From contig CAWEJD010000003.1 of the NCBI GenBank assembly GCA_963809335.1, positions 1,592 to 65,591 on the forward strand: DNA of 64,000 nt. The letters are read 5' to 3'. A program made the position numbers and the translations under genes. The notes below the pieces were generated by a model. The model did no database searches, had not been told where the DNA came from, and saw only the letters and a program-made list of their open reading frames with translations. Every line of letters starts with the position of its first letter. Position 1 is the first letter of the stretch. The DNA comes from an uncultured Microthrixaceae bacterium (GTDB lineage: Bacteria; Actinomycetota; Acidimicrobiia; Acidimicrobiales; Acidimicrobilacustridaceae). Of this stretch, positions 1 to 13,871 are shown piece by piece.

Positions 1-4251
<4,251 letters not shown>

Positions 4252-4275
4252 ACGGCTGCTCGGATGATCGGCTGA

Positions 4276-4803
4276 TCAGAACGCGGTGAAGCACCAGGGT
4301 TGGGTCCGCGACTGGCTCGGGCCCACGTCGTTGGCCCAGAACGTGGCCACGACGCAGTTCTGCCCGGCCGGCCACTGCTCGAACACCTTGCCCGGGCCCG
4401 GCTGGAACAGCACCTCGTCGAGCCCGCTGACCCGGGTGAGCTGGTCCTCGGGGATGGCGACGCCGTTGACCGCCAGGTCGGCGCTGTAGCCCGTCTGCAG
4501 GTCGATGCCGATCTGGTCCTGCTGCAGGATCTTGGCGTTCTTCGCCGGGATCAGCTGCTCGATCACCCCTCCGGCCAGACCGCCCGAGCTCTCGCTGCTG
4601 CTCTGGGACACCACGTAGACGCCGATGCTCGCCACGAGGATGAGCACGCCGAGCAGGATCTTGACCGGGAGGGGGATGACCTGCCACATGCCCGGCGCCC
4701 GGGTGGGAGGCCGGGGCGAGCCGTCGTCGGATTCGGCGTCGATCAGGAAGCCGTCGGGCCCCACGTCGTCGCGGTAGGTGCCGAAGTCCCCGGAGTCGCT
4801 CAC
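4276..4803 (-). CDS. hypothetical membrane-anchored protein
   Basis: Intact 175-aa ORF with G/C-rich third codon positions and one TM helix (VKILLGVLILVASIGVYVV). I recognise no family. It is divergent from the kinase gene. Confidence 0.55.
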   Translation of the reverse strand: MSDSGDFGTYRDDVGPDGFLIDAESDDGSPRPPTRAPGMWQVIPLPVKILLGVLILVASIGVYVVSQSSSESSGGLAGGVIEQLIPAKNAKILQQDQIGIDLQTGYSADLAVNGVAIPEDQLTRVSGLDEVLFQPGPGKVFEQWPAGQNCVVATFWANDVGPSQSRTQPWCFTAF

Positions 4804-4883
4804 GGCGCCATTGTGCCCGGGTGGGGTGGGTTTGTCCGACTGGTGCCCCGAAGAACACCGGCGTAACTACTAGCCTGTCGTCC

Positions 4884-7053
4884 GTGGCGCTCTCCCGGCT
4901 GACCGATCGCGTCGGGCAGGTCCTGTCCGACCGCTATCGACTGCTCGCGCCCATCGGCACCGGCGCGTCGGCGTCGGTCTACCTGGCCGACGACGTCACC
5001 CTGCGCCGCCGGGTGGCGGTGAAGATCCTGCACGATGCCCTGTCGGGCGACGAGGCGTTCCTCCGGCGGTTCCGGGCCGAGGCCCAGGCCGCGGCCGCCC
5101 TCAACCACCCGAACATCATGTCGGTGTTCGACTGGGGCCACGACGACGTGCCGTTCCTCGTCACCGAGTACCTCGGCGGCGGCAGCCTGCGCACCATGCT
5201 CGACAACGGGCGGGTGCTGACCCAGGCCCAGGCCCTGATGGTCGGGCTCGAGGCCTCGCGCGGGCTCGACTACGCCCATCGCCGGGGGTTCGTGCATCGC
5301 GACATCAAGCCGGCGAACCTGCTGTTCGACGAGGAGGCCCGGCTGCGCATCGCCGACTTCGGCCTGGCCCGGGCGCTGGCCGAGGCGGCCTGGACCGAGC
5401 CGCAGGGCGCGGTGCTGGGGACGGCCCGCTACGCCTCGCCCGAGCAGGCCCGGGGTGAGCCGCTCGACGGTCGCTCGCGACGTGTACTCGCTGGCGCTGG
5501 TGCTGATCGAGGCGGTCACCGGCTCGGTGCCGTTCGCCACCGACACCACCATCGGCACCCTCATGGCGCGCGTCGATCGCCCGATCGCCGTGCCCGAGTC
5601 CCTCGGTCCGCTGCGCCCGGCGCTCGAGGCCGCGGGCGTGCCCGACCCGGCCGACCGGCCCGACGCGGCCGAGATGACCCGCATGCTCATGGCCGCGGCC
5701 GAGTTCCTCGACCGGCCCGAGCCCCTGGTGCTGGCCGGCACGATGGTGCACCACCACGACGTCGTGCCCGATCGCGACCCGACCGTGCTGCACCGCCCCG
5801 ACGGCGAGCCCGACATCATGAACGCGCCGCCGGGCACCGTCATCGACGGCATCCGCGTGATCCCCGACGGAAGCGACCTGCTGGCCGCCCCGCCCGGTAC
5901 CACCACCGACGGCATCCGGGTCATCCCCGACACGCCACCGGTCGTCGTCTTCGACGACACGGCCGACGTCGGCGGCGAATCGGGCGACGAGCCGCTGTCG
6001 CGCCGCGAGCGCCGACGGCGCAAGCGCGAGGCCGAGCAGGCCGCCGCCGCGGGCGCCCTCGTCGGGTTGGCGCCGCCGACGCTCGGTGACGACGACACCG
6101 GCGAGCGCGCCATCGGCGACGCCGACGGCCGCCCGCGTCGGCGCCGGCGCACCTGGACCATCGTCGTGCTCGTGGTCCTGCTGGTCGCCGCCCTCGGGGT
6201 GGGCGGTGCCGGCTACTGGTATCGCGAGATCCGCATCCCCACCTACGCGGCCCCGGCCCTCGTGGGCACGAACGTCGCCGACCTCGACGCGGCGATCGCG
6301 AGGGCGGTGGGGGATGACGGTGACGGCTTCACCGTCACCCAGGGCACCATCGCTCAGGACGGCACGGTGCCGGGCCAGATCCTGCTGCAGGACCCCGAGC
6401 CCGGTGTCCACATCCCCCAGGGGGGCGAGCTCAAGATCCTCGTCTCCACCGGGCCGCCACCGGTGCCGATCCCCACCGATCTGGTGGGCCTCTCCCTCGA
6501 GGACGCCACCAACCACCTCACCGCGGCCGGCCTGGCCCTCGGCGAGGTCACCCACGTGTTCGACGAGCAGGTCGACAAGGGCGTCGTGATGTCGGTCGAC
6601 GGTGGCTTCGTCGGCGGGGCCCAGGTGCCGAAGACGACGGCCATCCCGCTCACCGTGTCCGACGGGCCCAAGCCCCGGGTGGTGCCGCAGAACCTCGAGG
6701 GCAAGACGGTGGCCGAGGCCACGGCTGCGCTCGACACGATCGGCCTACGGGTCTCCACGACCCAGGAGTCGAGCGACACGGTCGAGGCCGGCAAGGTCAT
6801 CCGGGTCCCGTCGGAGGGCCAGACCGTCCCGCGGGGATCGACCGTGGCCCTGGTCGTGTCCAGCGGGCCGCCGACGGTCGCCATCCCATCGGTCAAGGGC
6901 ATGTCGCTGACCGACGCGGCGGCCGCCCTGCAGGCCGCCGGCCTCACGGTGAGCGGCACCCAGGGCTCGCCGCTCGGCCGGGTGCAGGGCACCAACCCGG
7001 CGGCCGGCACGGTCGTGCGCCGAGGGACGCCGGTCGTCATCATCACCGGCTAG
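4884..7053 (+). CDS. pknB: Ser/Thr protein kinase with four C-terminal PASTA domains; one frameshift as sequenced
   Basis: Kinase motifs HRDIKPANLL, DFGLAR and GTARYASPEQ, one TM helix (WTIVVLVVLLVAALGVGGAGYW), then four PASTA repeats. Start is GTG 4884, preceded by TAGCCT plus 7 nt. Frame switch near 5465. Confidence 0.9.
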
Positions 7054-7120
7054 CCCGACGAGCCCGGCCAGCCCCGCTGGCCCCGATCGGCCCGCGCCCC
7101 GGTCGTGGCCGGGTTCGATC

Positions 7121-8720
7121 GTGGGGCGCCGCGACCGGTACCCTCGCCCGGTGACGCACGATCGGGCTGACTCCGAGCTGATCTTCGAGGCGCCCGGCGT
7201 CGACGAGGTGGCCGTCGTCCCCTGGCCGCTGCTCTGGCGGGAGCGGGTGGGCCGGCGGGCCGAGCGGCACGACAAGTACCCGTGGATGGTGCTGGTCGCC
7301 GCCCTCTTCGGCCTGTTCTCGGTGGGCTTCACCATCACCATCCTCAGCACGTCCCTCGGCGTGATCTCCGACGACCTGCACGCCACCGAGAGCACCCTCA
7401 CCTGGGTGATCACCGGGCCGATCCTGGCCTACGCGGTGCTGGGGCCGGCGGCCGGCAAGCTCGGCGACGTCTTCGGCTCCCGGCGCGTCTACCTGCTGAG
7501 CCTGGTCGGGCGTGGCGACCTTCGCCGGGCTCACCGCGCTGGCCTGGAGCGGCTGGTCGCTCATCCTGTTCCGGGTGCTCGGCGCGGGCGTCGGCGCGGC
7601 CACCGGCCCGGCGTCGCTGGCCATGATCAACAAGCTGTTCCCGCGCGAGCGACGGGCCCAGGCCCTCGGCTACTGGTCGCTGGTCGCGGCCGGTGGCCCG
7701 GTCATCGGCGTGGTGATCGGTGGTCCCATCGTCGAGGCCTACGGCTGGCGCTGGATCTTCATCGGCCAGGTGCCGATGGCGCTGCTCGCCCTGGTCGTCG
7801 GGTTCTTCGTGCTGCCCGAGACCGACCGCCACGAGCGCACGCCGTTCGACGTGGCCGGCTCGGTGCTGCTCGGCGCGGGTGTGGGCGCGGCGTTGGTGGG
7901 GCTCAACCGAGGCCCGGCCATGGGCTGGTCGAGCCCGTTCGTCGTCGCCATGTTCGTGCTGTCGGTGGTGCTCCTGGTGTGGTTCGTCCTGGTCGAGCGC
8001 TCGACCGACCATCCGCTGATCCCGCTGCCGTACTTCCGCCGCCGCAACTTCGCCTTCCCCATCGTGAACCAGTTCTTCACCAACTTCGCCTACATGGGCG
8101 GGTTCATCGTCACGCCCTTCCTGCTGGAGAACGTGCTCGGCTACGGCCCGGCCCACACCGGCCTGCTGTCGATCGCCCGGCCCCTCGCGTTCTCGATCGC
8201 CGGGTCCCATCGCCGGCTACCTCACGGTGAAGGTCGGGGAGCGGACGAACGCGGTGGCCGGCGCCCTCTTCATCGTGGGGTCGATGGTGGCGCTGTCGAC
8301 GGTCGGGGTCGGTACCTCCGATCTGGTGATCATCGGTGCTCTGGCCCTGTCGGGCGTCGGCATGGGCACCGCCTCACCGGCATTGGCCGCGGCCATCGCC
8401 AACTCGGTCGACGAGAAGGACCTCGGCGTGGTGAGCGCGGCCCAGCAGATGGTCGCCCAGGTCGGCGTGGTGGCCGGCATCCAGATCCTGCTCACGGTGC
8501 AGCAGGCGCGGGAGCCGGTGGCCGGCGCCGCCGCGTCGTACCACACCACCTACCTGGTCGGCGCGGCGGTGGCGATGGTCGGCGCGGTGTGCGCCCTGTT
8601 CGTGCGGAACACGCCCCGCGGCGGGGACGCGACCGGGCCGGGACGCGAGCCGAGCGCCCCGCAGGGCGCCCGGGTCGACCAGTTCGAGGTGTCCGCGAGC
8701 TCAGGCGGTCATGTCCTTGA
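7121..8720 (+). CDS. MFS transporter (EmrB/QacA-like); frameshifted as sequenced, 3' end uncertain
   Basis: Multiple TM segments and MFS motifs (GKLGDVFGSRRVY, LFRVLGAGVGAATGPAS) spread over three frames, with switches near 7505 and 8215. No clean stop exists in the last frame. The nearest stop, in an alternative frame, is at 8718-8720. Confidence 0.78.
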
Positions 8721-9108
8721 TCTTCTGCGCCAGCTCGACGGCGCCGGGGTCGGGAGCGGTCTGCTGCATGGCCATCAGCTTGGTCATGTCGCCCTGGACC
8801 TTGATCTTGCCGGCCATGAAGGCCTGCATGCCGGCCTGCGGGTTCTGCTCGACGAAGATCGCCTTGGCCGTGTCGTAGTCGACGGTGACGGTGAGGTCGG
8901 GGTTCTCGATGTGGCCGAGGTCCATCTTCAGCTCGCCGTCGGAGGTGTCCATGTGGGCGAGGATGTCCTCGCCGTTCTTGAACGGCGCGCCGGTGATGAC
9001 CTGGTTCATGCGGATCACGTGGGCCGGAGGGGTGGCCGGGGAACCAGCCTCGTCACGGAGGCGGGAGGCCTCGGTCATCCACTCTTCGGTCAGGAATTCG
9101 TACGGCAC
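8701..9108 (-). CDS. SCP2 sterol-binding-domain protein
   Basis: Intact 135-aa ORF. The C-terminal GMQAFMAGKIKVQGDMTKLMAM is the typical SCP2 signature. Confidence 0.8.
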   Translation of the reverse strand: MPYEFLTEEWMTEASRLRDEAGSPATPPAHVIRMNQVITGAPFKNGEDILAHMDTSDGELKMDLGHIENPDLTVTVDYDTAKAIFVEQNPQAGMQAFMAGKIKVQGDMTKLMAMQQTAPDPGAVELAQKIKDMTA

Positions 9109-9169
9109 AGCACAGCTCCTTGAGTCGGTGCCCGGTCGGTTGGCGATCGGGAACTACAGGTGTGGCGAG

Positions 9170-9222
9170 GGGTGCGCGCACCCTACATCGCACGATCGCG
9201 CGTCGCTTGACCAAGCGGTCAA
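9170..9222. promoter_or_regulatory. two palindromes in the SCP2/ferredoxin divergent region
   Basis: GGGTGCGCGCACCC (9170-9183) is a 14-bp perfect palindrome. TTGACC-AAGC-GGTCAA lies at 9207-9222. Confidence 0.35.
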
Positions 9223-9251
9223 GCAATGACGGCCACGGCTATGGTGACGGC

Positions 9252-9572
9252 GTGCCCGATGCCCCGGCCGCCGCGGCCAACCGCACCGACCGGCTCGAGA
9301 GCCGGGAACGCAATCCCAAGTGGCAGCACGTGCCGCTGCGCATCGACATGTCGATCTGCATCAACTGCGACACGTGCATCCGTCACTGCCCGCCGCAGTT
9401 CGGCGCGATCTTCAACCACGGCATCGACGTGATCATCATCCCGGAGCTGTGCTCGGGGTGTGGCAAGTGCCTCGATCCGTGCCCGGTCGACTGCATCTAT
9501 GACGACCCCGACTGGAAGCCGGCGCCGGCCGACTGGTGGGAGGAGCCCGACCTCGACGATCCCTACCGCTGA
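9252..9572 (+). CDS. 2x[4Fe-4S] ferredoxin (start uncertain)
   Basis: Two CxxCxxCxxxCP motifs (CINCDTCIRHCP, CSGCGKCLDPCP). The ORF is open from 9120. Candidate starts are GTG 9252 and ATG 9348. Confidence 0.72.
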   Translation: MPDAPAAAANRTDRLESRERNPKWQHVPLRIDMSICINCDTCIRHCPPQFGAIFNHGIDVIIIPELCSGCGKCLDPCPVDCIYDDPDWKPAPADWWEEPDLDDPYR

Positions 9573-10078
9573 CGCGGTGGTCGCTCGAGCGGGATGATCT
9601 CGTGGCCGACGACCCGGCCGTCGGTCAGCGTGAGCCAACCCATCGTCGGATCGGGTTGACGGCGACGCTGCGTCGGCGAGCCGGGGTTGAACAGGCGCTG
9701 GCCCTGATCGCTCCGATGGTCGACCGGCTCGTGGCTGTGGCCGAACACGACGAGGTCGGCGGTGGGGAACCAACGGTGCAGGCGCCGCTCGCGACCCGCT
9801 CGAGTGCCCGAGTCGTGGACCATGGCGATCTCGGTGCCGGCGAGGTCGACCGTCAGCCGCTCGGGCACGACGTCGCGCAGCAGGTGGTCGTTGTTGCCGA
9901 GGACGACGTGGAGCGGCGCGAGGGCCCGGAGCTCGTCGAGCAGCTCCGGTGAGGTGACGTCGCCGGCGTGCAGGATGACGTCCGCGTCGCGCAGCCGGGC
10001 CCAGACGTCGTCGGGCAGCGTGCGCCCGGCGGCGACGTGGGTGTCGGCGAGGACGGCGACCTGGAGCATCGAGGCCAT
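9563..10078 (-). CDS. metallophosphoesterase (YfcE/MJ0936-like)
   Basis: This is the C-terminal 172 aa of the 716-aa track ORF: MASMLQVAVLADTHV..., GDVTS, GNND, GHSH. The upstream part of that ORF is antisense to the amidohydrolase gene. Confidence 0.8.
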   Translation of the reverse strand: MASMLQVAVLADTHVAAGRTLPDDVWARLRDADVILHAGDVTSPELLDELRALAPLHVVLGNNDHLLRDVVPERLTVDLAGTEIAMVHDSGTRAGRERRLHRWFPTADLVVFGHSHEPVDHRSDQGQRLFNPGSPTQRRRQPDPTMGWLTLTDGRVVGHEIIPLERPPRQR

Positions 10079-10144
10079 CGCACCAGCATGGCGTGGGATA
10101 CTCCGTCCGGCCGGCCCCGCCGGCCGATCGCAGGGGGAGAGCAC

Positions 10145-11353
10145 ATGCCGTACAGCACCGTCGGGCTCGTCCACGATGCGGACGCCCACATCATGGAGCC
10201 ACCGTCGTGGCTCCGCGACCACGCCGACCCCGGGGTGCGGGAGCGGATCGAGCCGCTGCGCTACGCGGGCGGCAACGAGCTGCGCCAGACCGGCGATCCC
10301 GACGAGCAGCTCCGCGACCTCGAGCGGGCGTTCGAGAGGCTGGCCGAGCGGCACCGCAGCGACGAGTACCGGGCCGTCGAGGAAGCCGAGATCATGGCCC
10401 GCAAGAACTTCGCCGCCACCGGATCGTTCCTGGCCGAGGACCGGCCGCGCGCCCTCGACCTGCTCGGGTTCTCGAGCCAACTCGTGTTCAACACGTTCCA
10501 CAACCGTCGACTCCGTGACTGGGAGCACGGGGGTGACCTCGACCTGGCGTACGGGGCGGCCCGGGCCCACAACCGGGGGATGGTCGAGTTCTGCTCGGTC
10601 GATCCGCGCCTGCTGCCCTCGTGCTACGTGCCGCTGGTCGATTTCGAGCGGGCCGACGCCATGGCCGCCGAGGCCATTGGTATGGGCGCGGCCGCGCTGC
10701 TCGTGGCGTCGGGGTGCCCGCCGGGGCATTCGCCCAGCCACATCGCTCTCGACCCGGTGTGGGCACGGGCCCAGGAGGCCGGCATCCCGATCGTGTTCCA
10801 CGTCGGGGGGACCGGCGACCTGATCGAGCCCGGGTACTTCGACAACGGCCTGCCGGTGCCGCCCGACTTCCACGGGGGCGAGGAGAACTTCCGCTCGGTC
10901 GACTACATGGGCATCCCCAACCCGCCGGCGCAGACGCTGGCGACGATGATCTTCGACGGCGTGCTCGACCGGTTCCCGCGGCTCATGATCGGGGTGATCG
11001 AGCAGGGGGCGATCTGGGTGCCGTCGTGGACGCGGCAGATGGAGTCGGCCTTCGACGCGTTCGGCCGGCACGAGGAGCGGTTGCAGGGCCTCTCGATGCG
11101 GCCCACCGAATTCGTGCGCCGACAGGTGCGGTTCACGCCGTACCCGACCGAGGACGTGGGGTGGATCGTGGCCCAGGCCGGGCCGGAGGTGTGCTTGTTC
11201 TCCTCCGACTACCCGCACGTCGAAGGGGGGCGGCGGCCGATCGAGCGGTTCGAGGCGTCGCTCGGGGATGCGTCCGAGGAGGTGCGCAGCCGGTTCTACC
11301 GGGACAACTTCATCGAACTGATGGGGTCGGCCGCCGCCCCGCTCCCGGTCTGA
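10145..11353 (+). CDS. amidohydrolase-2 family metal-dependent hydrolase
   Basis: Intact ORF. Start is ATG 10145 after GGGGGAGAG. Carries the SSDYPHVEG motif typical of Amidohydro_2 (ACMSD-like) proteins. Confidence 0.8.
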   Translation: MPYSTVGLVHDADAHIMEPPSWLRDHADPGVRERIEPLRYAGGNELRQTGDPDEQLRDLERAFERLAERHRSDEYRAVEEAEIMARKNFAATGSFLAEDRPRALDLLGFSSQLVFNTFHNRRLRDWEHGGDLDLAYGAARAHNRGMVEFCSVDPRLLPSCYVPLVDFERADAMAAEAIGMGAAALLVASGCPPGHSPSHIALDPVWARAQEAGIPIVFHVGGTGDLIEPGYFDNGLPVPPDFHGGEENFRSVDYMGIPNPPAQTLATMIFDGVLDRFPRLMIGVIEQGAIWVPSWTRQMESAFDAFGRHEERLQGLSMRPTEFVRRQVRFTPYPTEDVGWIVAQAGPEVCLFSSDYPHVEGGRRPIERFEASLGDASEEVRSRFYRDNFIELMGSAAAPLPV

Positions 11354-11409
11354 CTCCTCGACCTCGACCCGCGCCCCCTTCGCCCCGCCGCACCCTGTTC
11401 GTCCGGCGC

Positions 11410-11443
11410 GCCCTTCGGCACCGAATCGGCGCCGATTCGGTGC
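11410..11443. repeat. palindromic repeat copy, right arm truncated
   Basis: GCCCTTCGGCACCGAATCGGCGCCGATTCGGTGC, followed directly by AGGTTGACAGAAC. Confidence 0.85.
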
Positions 11444-11500
11444 AGGTTGACAGAACGCGCGGTCCGCCCCGAGAGCGCCGGTCAGGTTGACAGAACATCG

Positions 11501-11532
11501 CGACGAATCGGTACCGAATCGTCGCCGAGGGG
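11501..11532. repeat. palindromic repeat copy, left arm truncated
   Basis: CGACGAATCGGTACCGAATCGTCGCCGAGGGG, preceded by CAGGTTGACAGAAC. Confidence 0.75.
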
Positions 11533-11583
11533 CATCGCGGGCACTTAGGGTGGTGGCTCGACCGGCGAACTCGGGGTGGGCTG

Positions 11584-11982
11584 ATGGCGATCTGGACCCG
11601 GCGAGCGGGCGGCGCCGATTCGGTGAGCCCGATCGAGCACCAGGTGATCGACGACCTCGCCGCGCCGGGCGCCGATGCCGACGCCCTGATCGCGGAGACG
11701 CTCGCCGAGGCACGCACCCACGCCAGGGTGGCCCGCAACCGGGCCGACGAGGTCGTGATCGGGTTCACGCTCGGTGCCGAGGTCGACGCCCTCACGACCG
11801 ACATCGCCCGATTCGAGCGCGGCGGGGACGATCGGGCGGACCTGCTGGCGGTCCGTGAGCTCGATGCCCGGGCCCGCCACCTGGGCAACGAAGCCCTGGC
11901 TCAACAGCGCAAGAACGGCGTCCGGACCGTCACCGGCCTGGCCGGGATCTACCTGAGCACCGAACCGCCGCGGGAGCGGTGA
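11584..11982 (+). CDS. hypothetical protein (N-terminus overlaps a repeat fragment; start uncertain)
   Basis: Intact 132-aa ORF with strongly G/C-biased third positions. Residues GADSV derive from a half copy of the palindromic repeat. An alternative start is GTG near 11623. Confidence 0.45.
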   Translation: MAIWTRRAGGADSVSPIEHQVIDDLAAPGADADALIAETLAEARTHARVARNRADEVVIGFTLGAEVDALTTDIARFERGGDDRADLLAVRELDARARHLGNEALAQQRKNGVRTVTGLAGIYLSTEPPRER

Positions 11983-13470
11983 TCAGGCGGACGGCCGGGC
12001 CCGCACGTCGTGCAGCGCCACGGCGATCGGTTCCTCGCTCGACAGGGGCGTCGGGAGCCAGACCGTGAGACCCGACGAACCGGCTTCGAAGCGCAGGGTC
12101 TCGCCGTCGAGGCCCGTGACCCTCGTCGTGGGCGTGGCCTCGACCTCGGCCAGCCGGACCTCGCCGTCGCCGGGCGGGGCCCCCTCAGGCCGGCGGATCA
12201 ACGCGAACACGGTCGTGTCCCGGGCCGTGTAGCGGACCTCGGCACCACCCGCACCGCCACCGCCATCCACACCACCGCTCGGGTGCACCCACGGCCGGGT
12301 GGCGAACAGGGCGCCGCCCACCGAATCGGTGAAGGTGGCGAGCCAGTCGAGGCGCCGGGTCTGGGCCTCGGCGATGGTCGCATCGACACCCCTCGGCCCG
12401 ACGTTCAGCAGCAGGTTGCCGCCCTTGGCCACGATGTCGGCCAGCGACCACACCAGCTCGGCCCGCCCGAGGAACAGCTCCTCGCGGGACGCGTCGTTGT
12501 GGCCGAAGCTGCGGTCGATGCCACGGACGCACTCCCAGGGGGTCGGCTGCACCGAGTCGAACACCGTGTACTCGGGCGTGCGGACGTCGAACATCGGCGG
12601 CTTGGGCGGGACGATGCCCTTGTCCGCCGCCGCGGACCGGGCCGCCAACCGGTCGAGCATCCGGCGGGCCGGTGGTGTGCGGGCCAGCTCCCACGCCGGT
12701 GACCACGGCATGAAGCGGTCGTTGACCACGCCGTCGGGCACGGCCCGGTAGTACGACTCGAGCATCGTTGCGAGTCGGGCGGCCGGCGCCGGCCACGAGA
12801 TGTCGTTCCACAGCACGCTGGGTCGGTAGCGCTCCACGAGCTCGCCGACGTGGGCCTCGGCATAGTCGACGTACTCCCCGCGGGGCTGGGCGGCCAGCAG
12901 GTCGCTGAAGGTGCCGATCGGCCGGTCGTTGAACGTCCAGTCGAGCCCGCCCGAGTAGTAGACGCCGAAGCGCAGGCCGACCCGACGCACCGCATCGGCC
13001 AGCTCGCCCACGACATCCCGCGAGCTGTGGAAGCCGGGCACGTGGGGATTGGGCACGTCGGTGGGCCACAGGCAGTAGCCGTCGTGGTGCTTGGTCACCA
13101 GCACGACGTAGCGGGCGCCGGTGGCCGCGAACCGCGCCGCCCACTCGTCGGGGTCCCAGGTGGTGAGCCCGGCCTCCCAGTCGGCCGCGAAGTCACGGTA
13201 GGGCCGGTCGCCCCAGACCTCGGCGTGGTGCTGCGCCGCCGGGCTCTCCGGGAACCGCAGCGAGTTCTCGTACCACTCGGCGTAGGGCGACCAGGCCATG
13301 GCGTGGGGATCGTTGCGGGCCATCAGCTCGCCGATCTCGACGTCGACCGGGGCGAAGGCGGCGACCGAGGCCGGCGTCCAGTGGACGAAGATGCCGAGCT
13401 TGGCGTCGCGCCACCAGGCCGGGACCTCGTGGTGGCGTACGCGGCGGATGCGTCGGCGGTCGGACGGCAT
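11983..13470 (-). CDS. alpha-L-fucosidase (GH29)
   Basis: Intact 495-aa ORF with the GH29 signatures KLGIFVHWTPASV, YVVLVTKHHDGYCLWPT and VLWNDISWP. Confidence 0.85.
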   Translation of the reverse strand: MPSDRRRIRRVRHHEVPAWWRDAKLGIFVHWTPASVAAFAPVDVEIGELMARNDPHAMAWSPYAEWYENSLRFPESPAAQHHAEVWGDRPYRDFAADWEAGLTTWDPDEWAARFAATGARYVVLVTKHHDGYCLWPTDVPNPHVPGFHSSRDVVGELADAVRRVGLRFGVYYSGGLDWTFNDRPIGTFSDLLAAQPRGEYVDYAEAHVGELVERYRPSVLWNDISWPAPAARLATMLESYYRAVPDGVVNDRFMPWSPAWELARTPPARRMLDRLAARSAAADKGIVPPKPPMFDVRTPEYTVFDSVQPTPWECVRGIDRSFGHNDASREELFLGRAELVWSLADIVAKGGNLLLNVGPRGVDATIAEAQTRRLDWLATFTDSVGGALFATRPWVHPSGGVDGGGGAGGAEVRYTARDTTVFALIRRPEGAPPGDGEVRLAEVEATPTTRVTGLDGETLRFEAGSSGLTVWLPTPLSSEEPIAVALHDVRARPSA

Positions 13471-13559
13471 CGCCGGACCCTACTGAATCGGACCTGTCCC
13501 GGTCGGCCCGGTCGGCCCGGTCGATTCGGCTGCGGGAGGGGTCGACGGCGCCATCTACG

Positions 13560-13871
13560 ATGACCGCCATGTCCGAACGCATCACCCGCGACGACGTCGC
13601 GCACGTGGCCACGCTCGCCAAGTTGGCGCTCACCGACGCCGAGCTCGACGAGTTCACCCACCAGCTCGCCGCCGTGCTGGACCATGCGGCCGATGTCGAG
13701 GCGCTCGACGTCGACGACGTCCCCCCCACCGCCCATCCCTACCCGCTCGCCAACGTGCTGCGGGCCGACGTGGTGACCCCGACCCTCGATCGTGACGAGG
13801 TCCTCGCCCAGGCCCCGGCCGCGGCCGATGGCCGCTTCGCCGTCCCCGCCATCCTGGGGGAGGAGCCGTGA
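13560..13871 (+). CDS. gatC: Asp/Glu-tRNA amidotransferase subunit C
   Basis: Intact 103-aa ORF (ITRDDVAHVATLAKLALTDAELDEFTHQL). Its stop overlaps the gatA start (GTGA at 13868). Confidence 0.9.
   Translation: MTAMSERITRDDVAHVATLAKLALTDAELDEFTHQLAAVLDHAADVEALDVDDVPPTAHPYPLANVLRADVVTPTLDRDEVLAQAPAAADGRFAVPAILGEEP

Noticed and set aside
9563-11713. A 716-aa ORF on the minus strand
   Set aside because: Only the C-terminal 172 aa (a metallophosphoesterase) look like protein. The remainder is antisense to the intact amidohydrolase gene and to the repeat-containing spacer.
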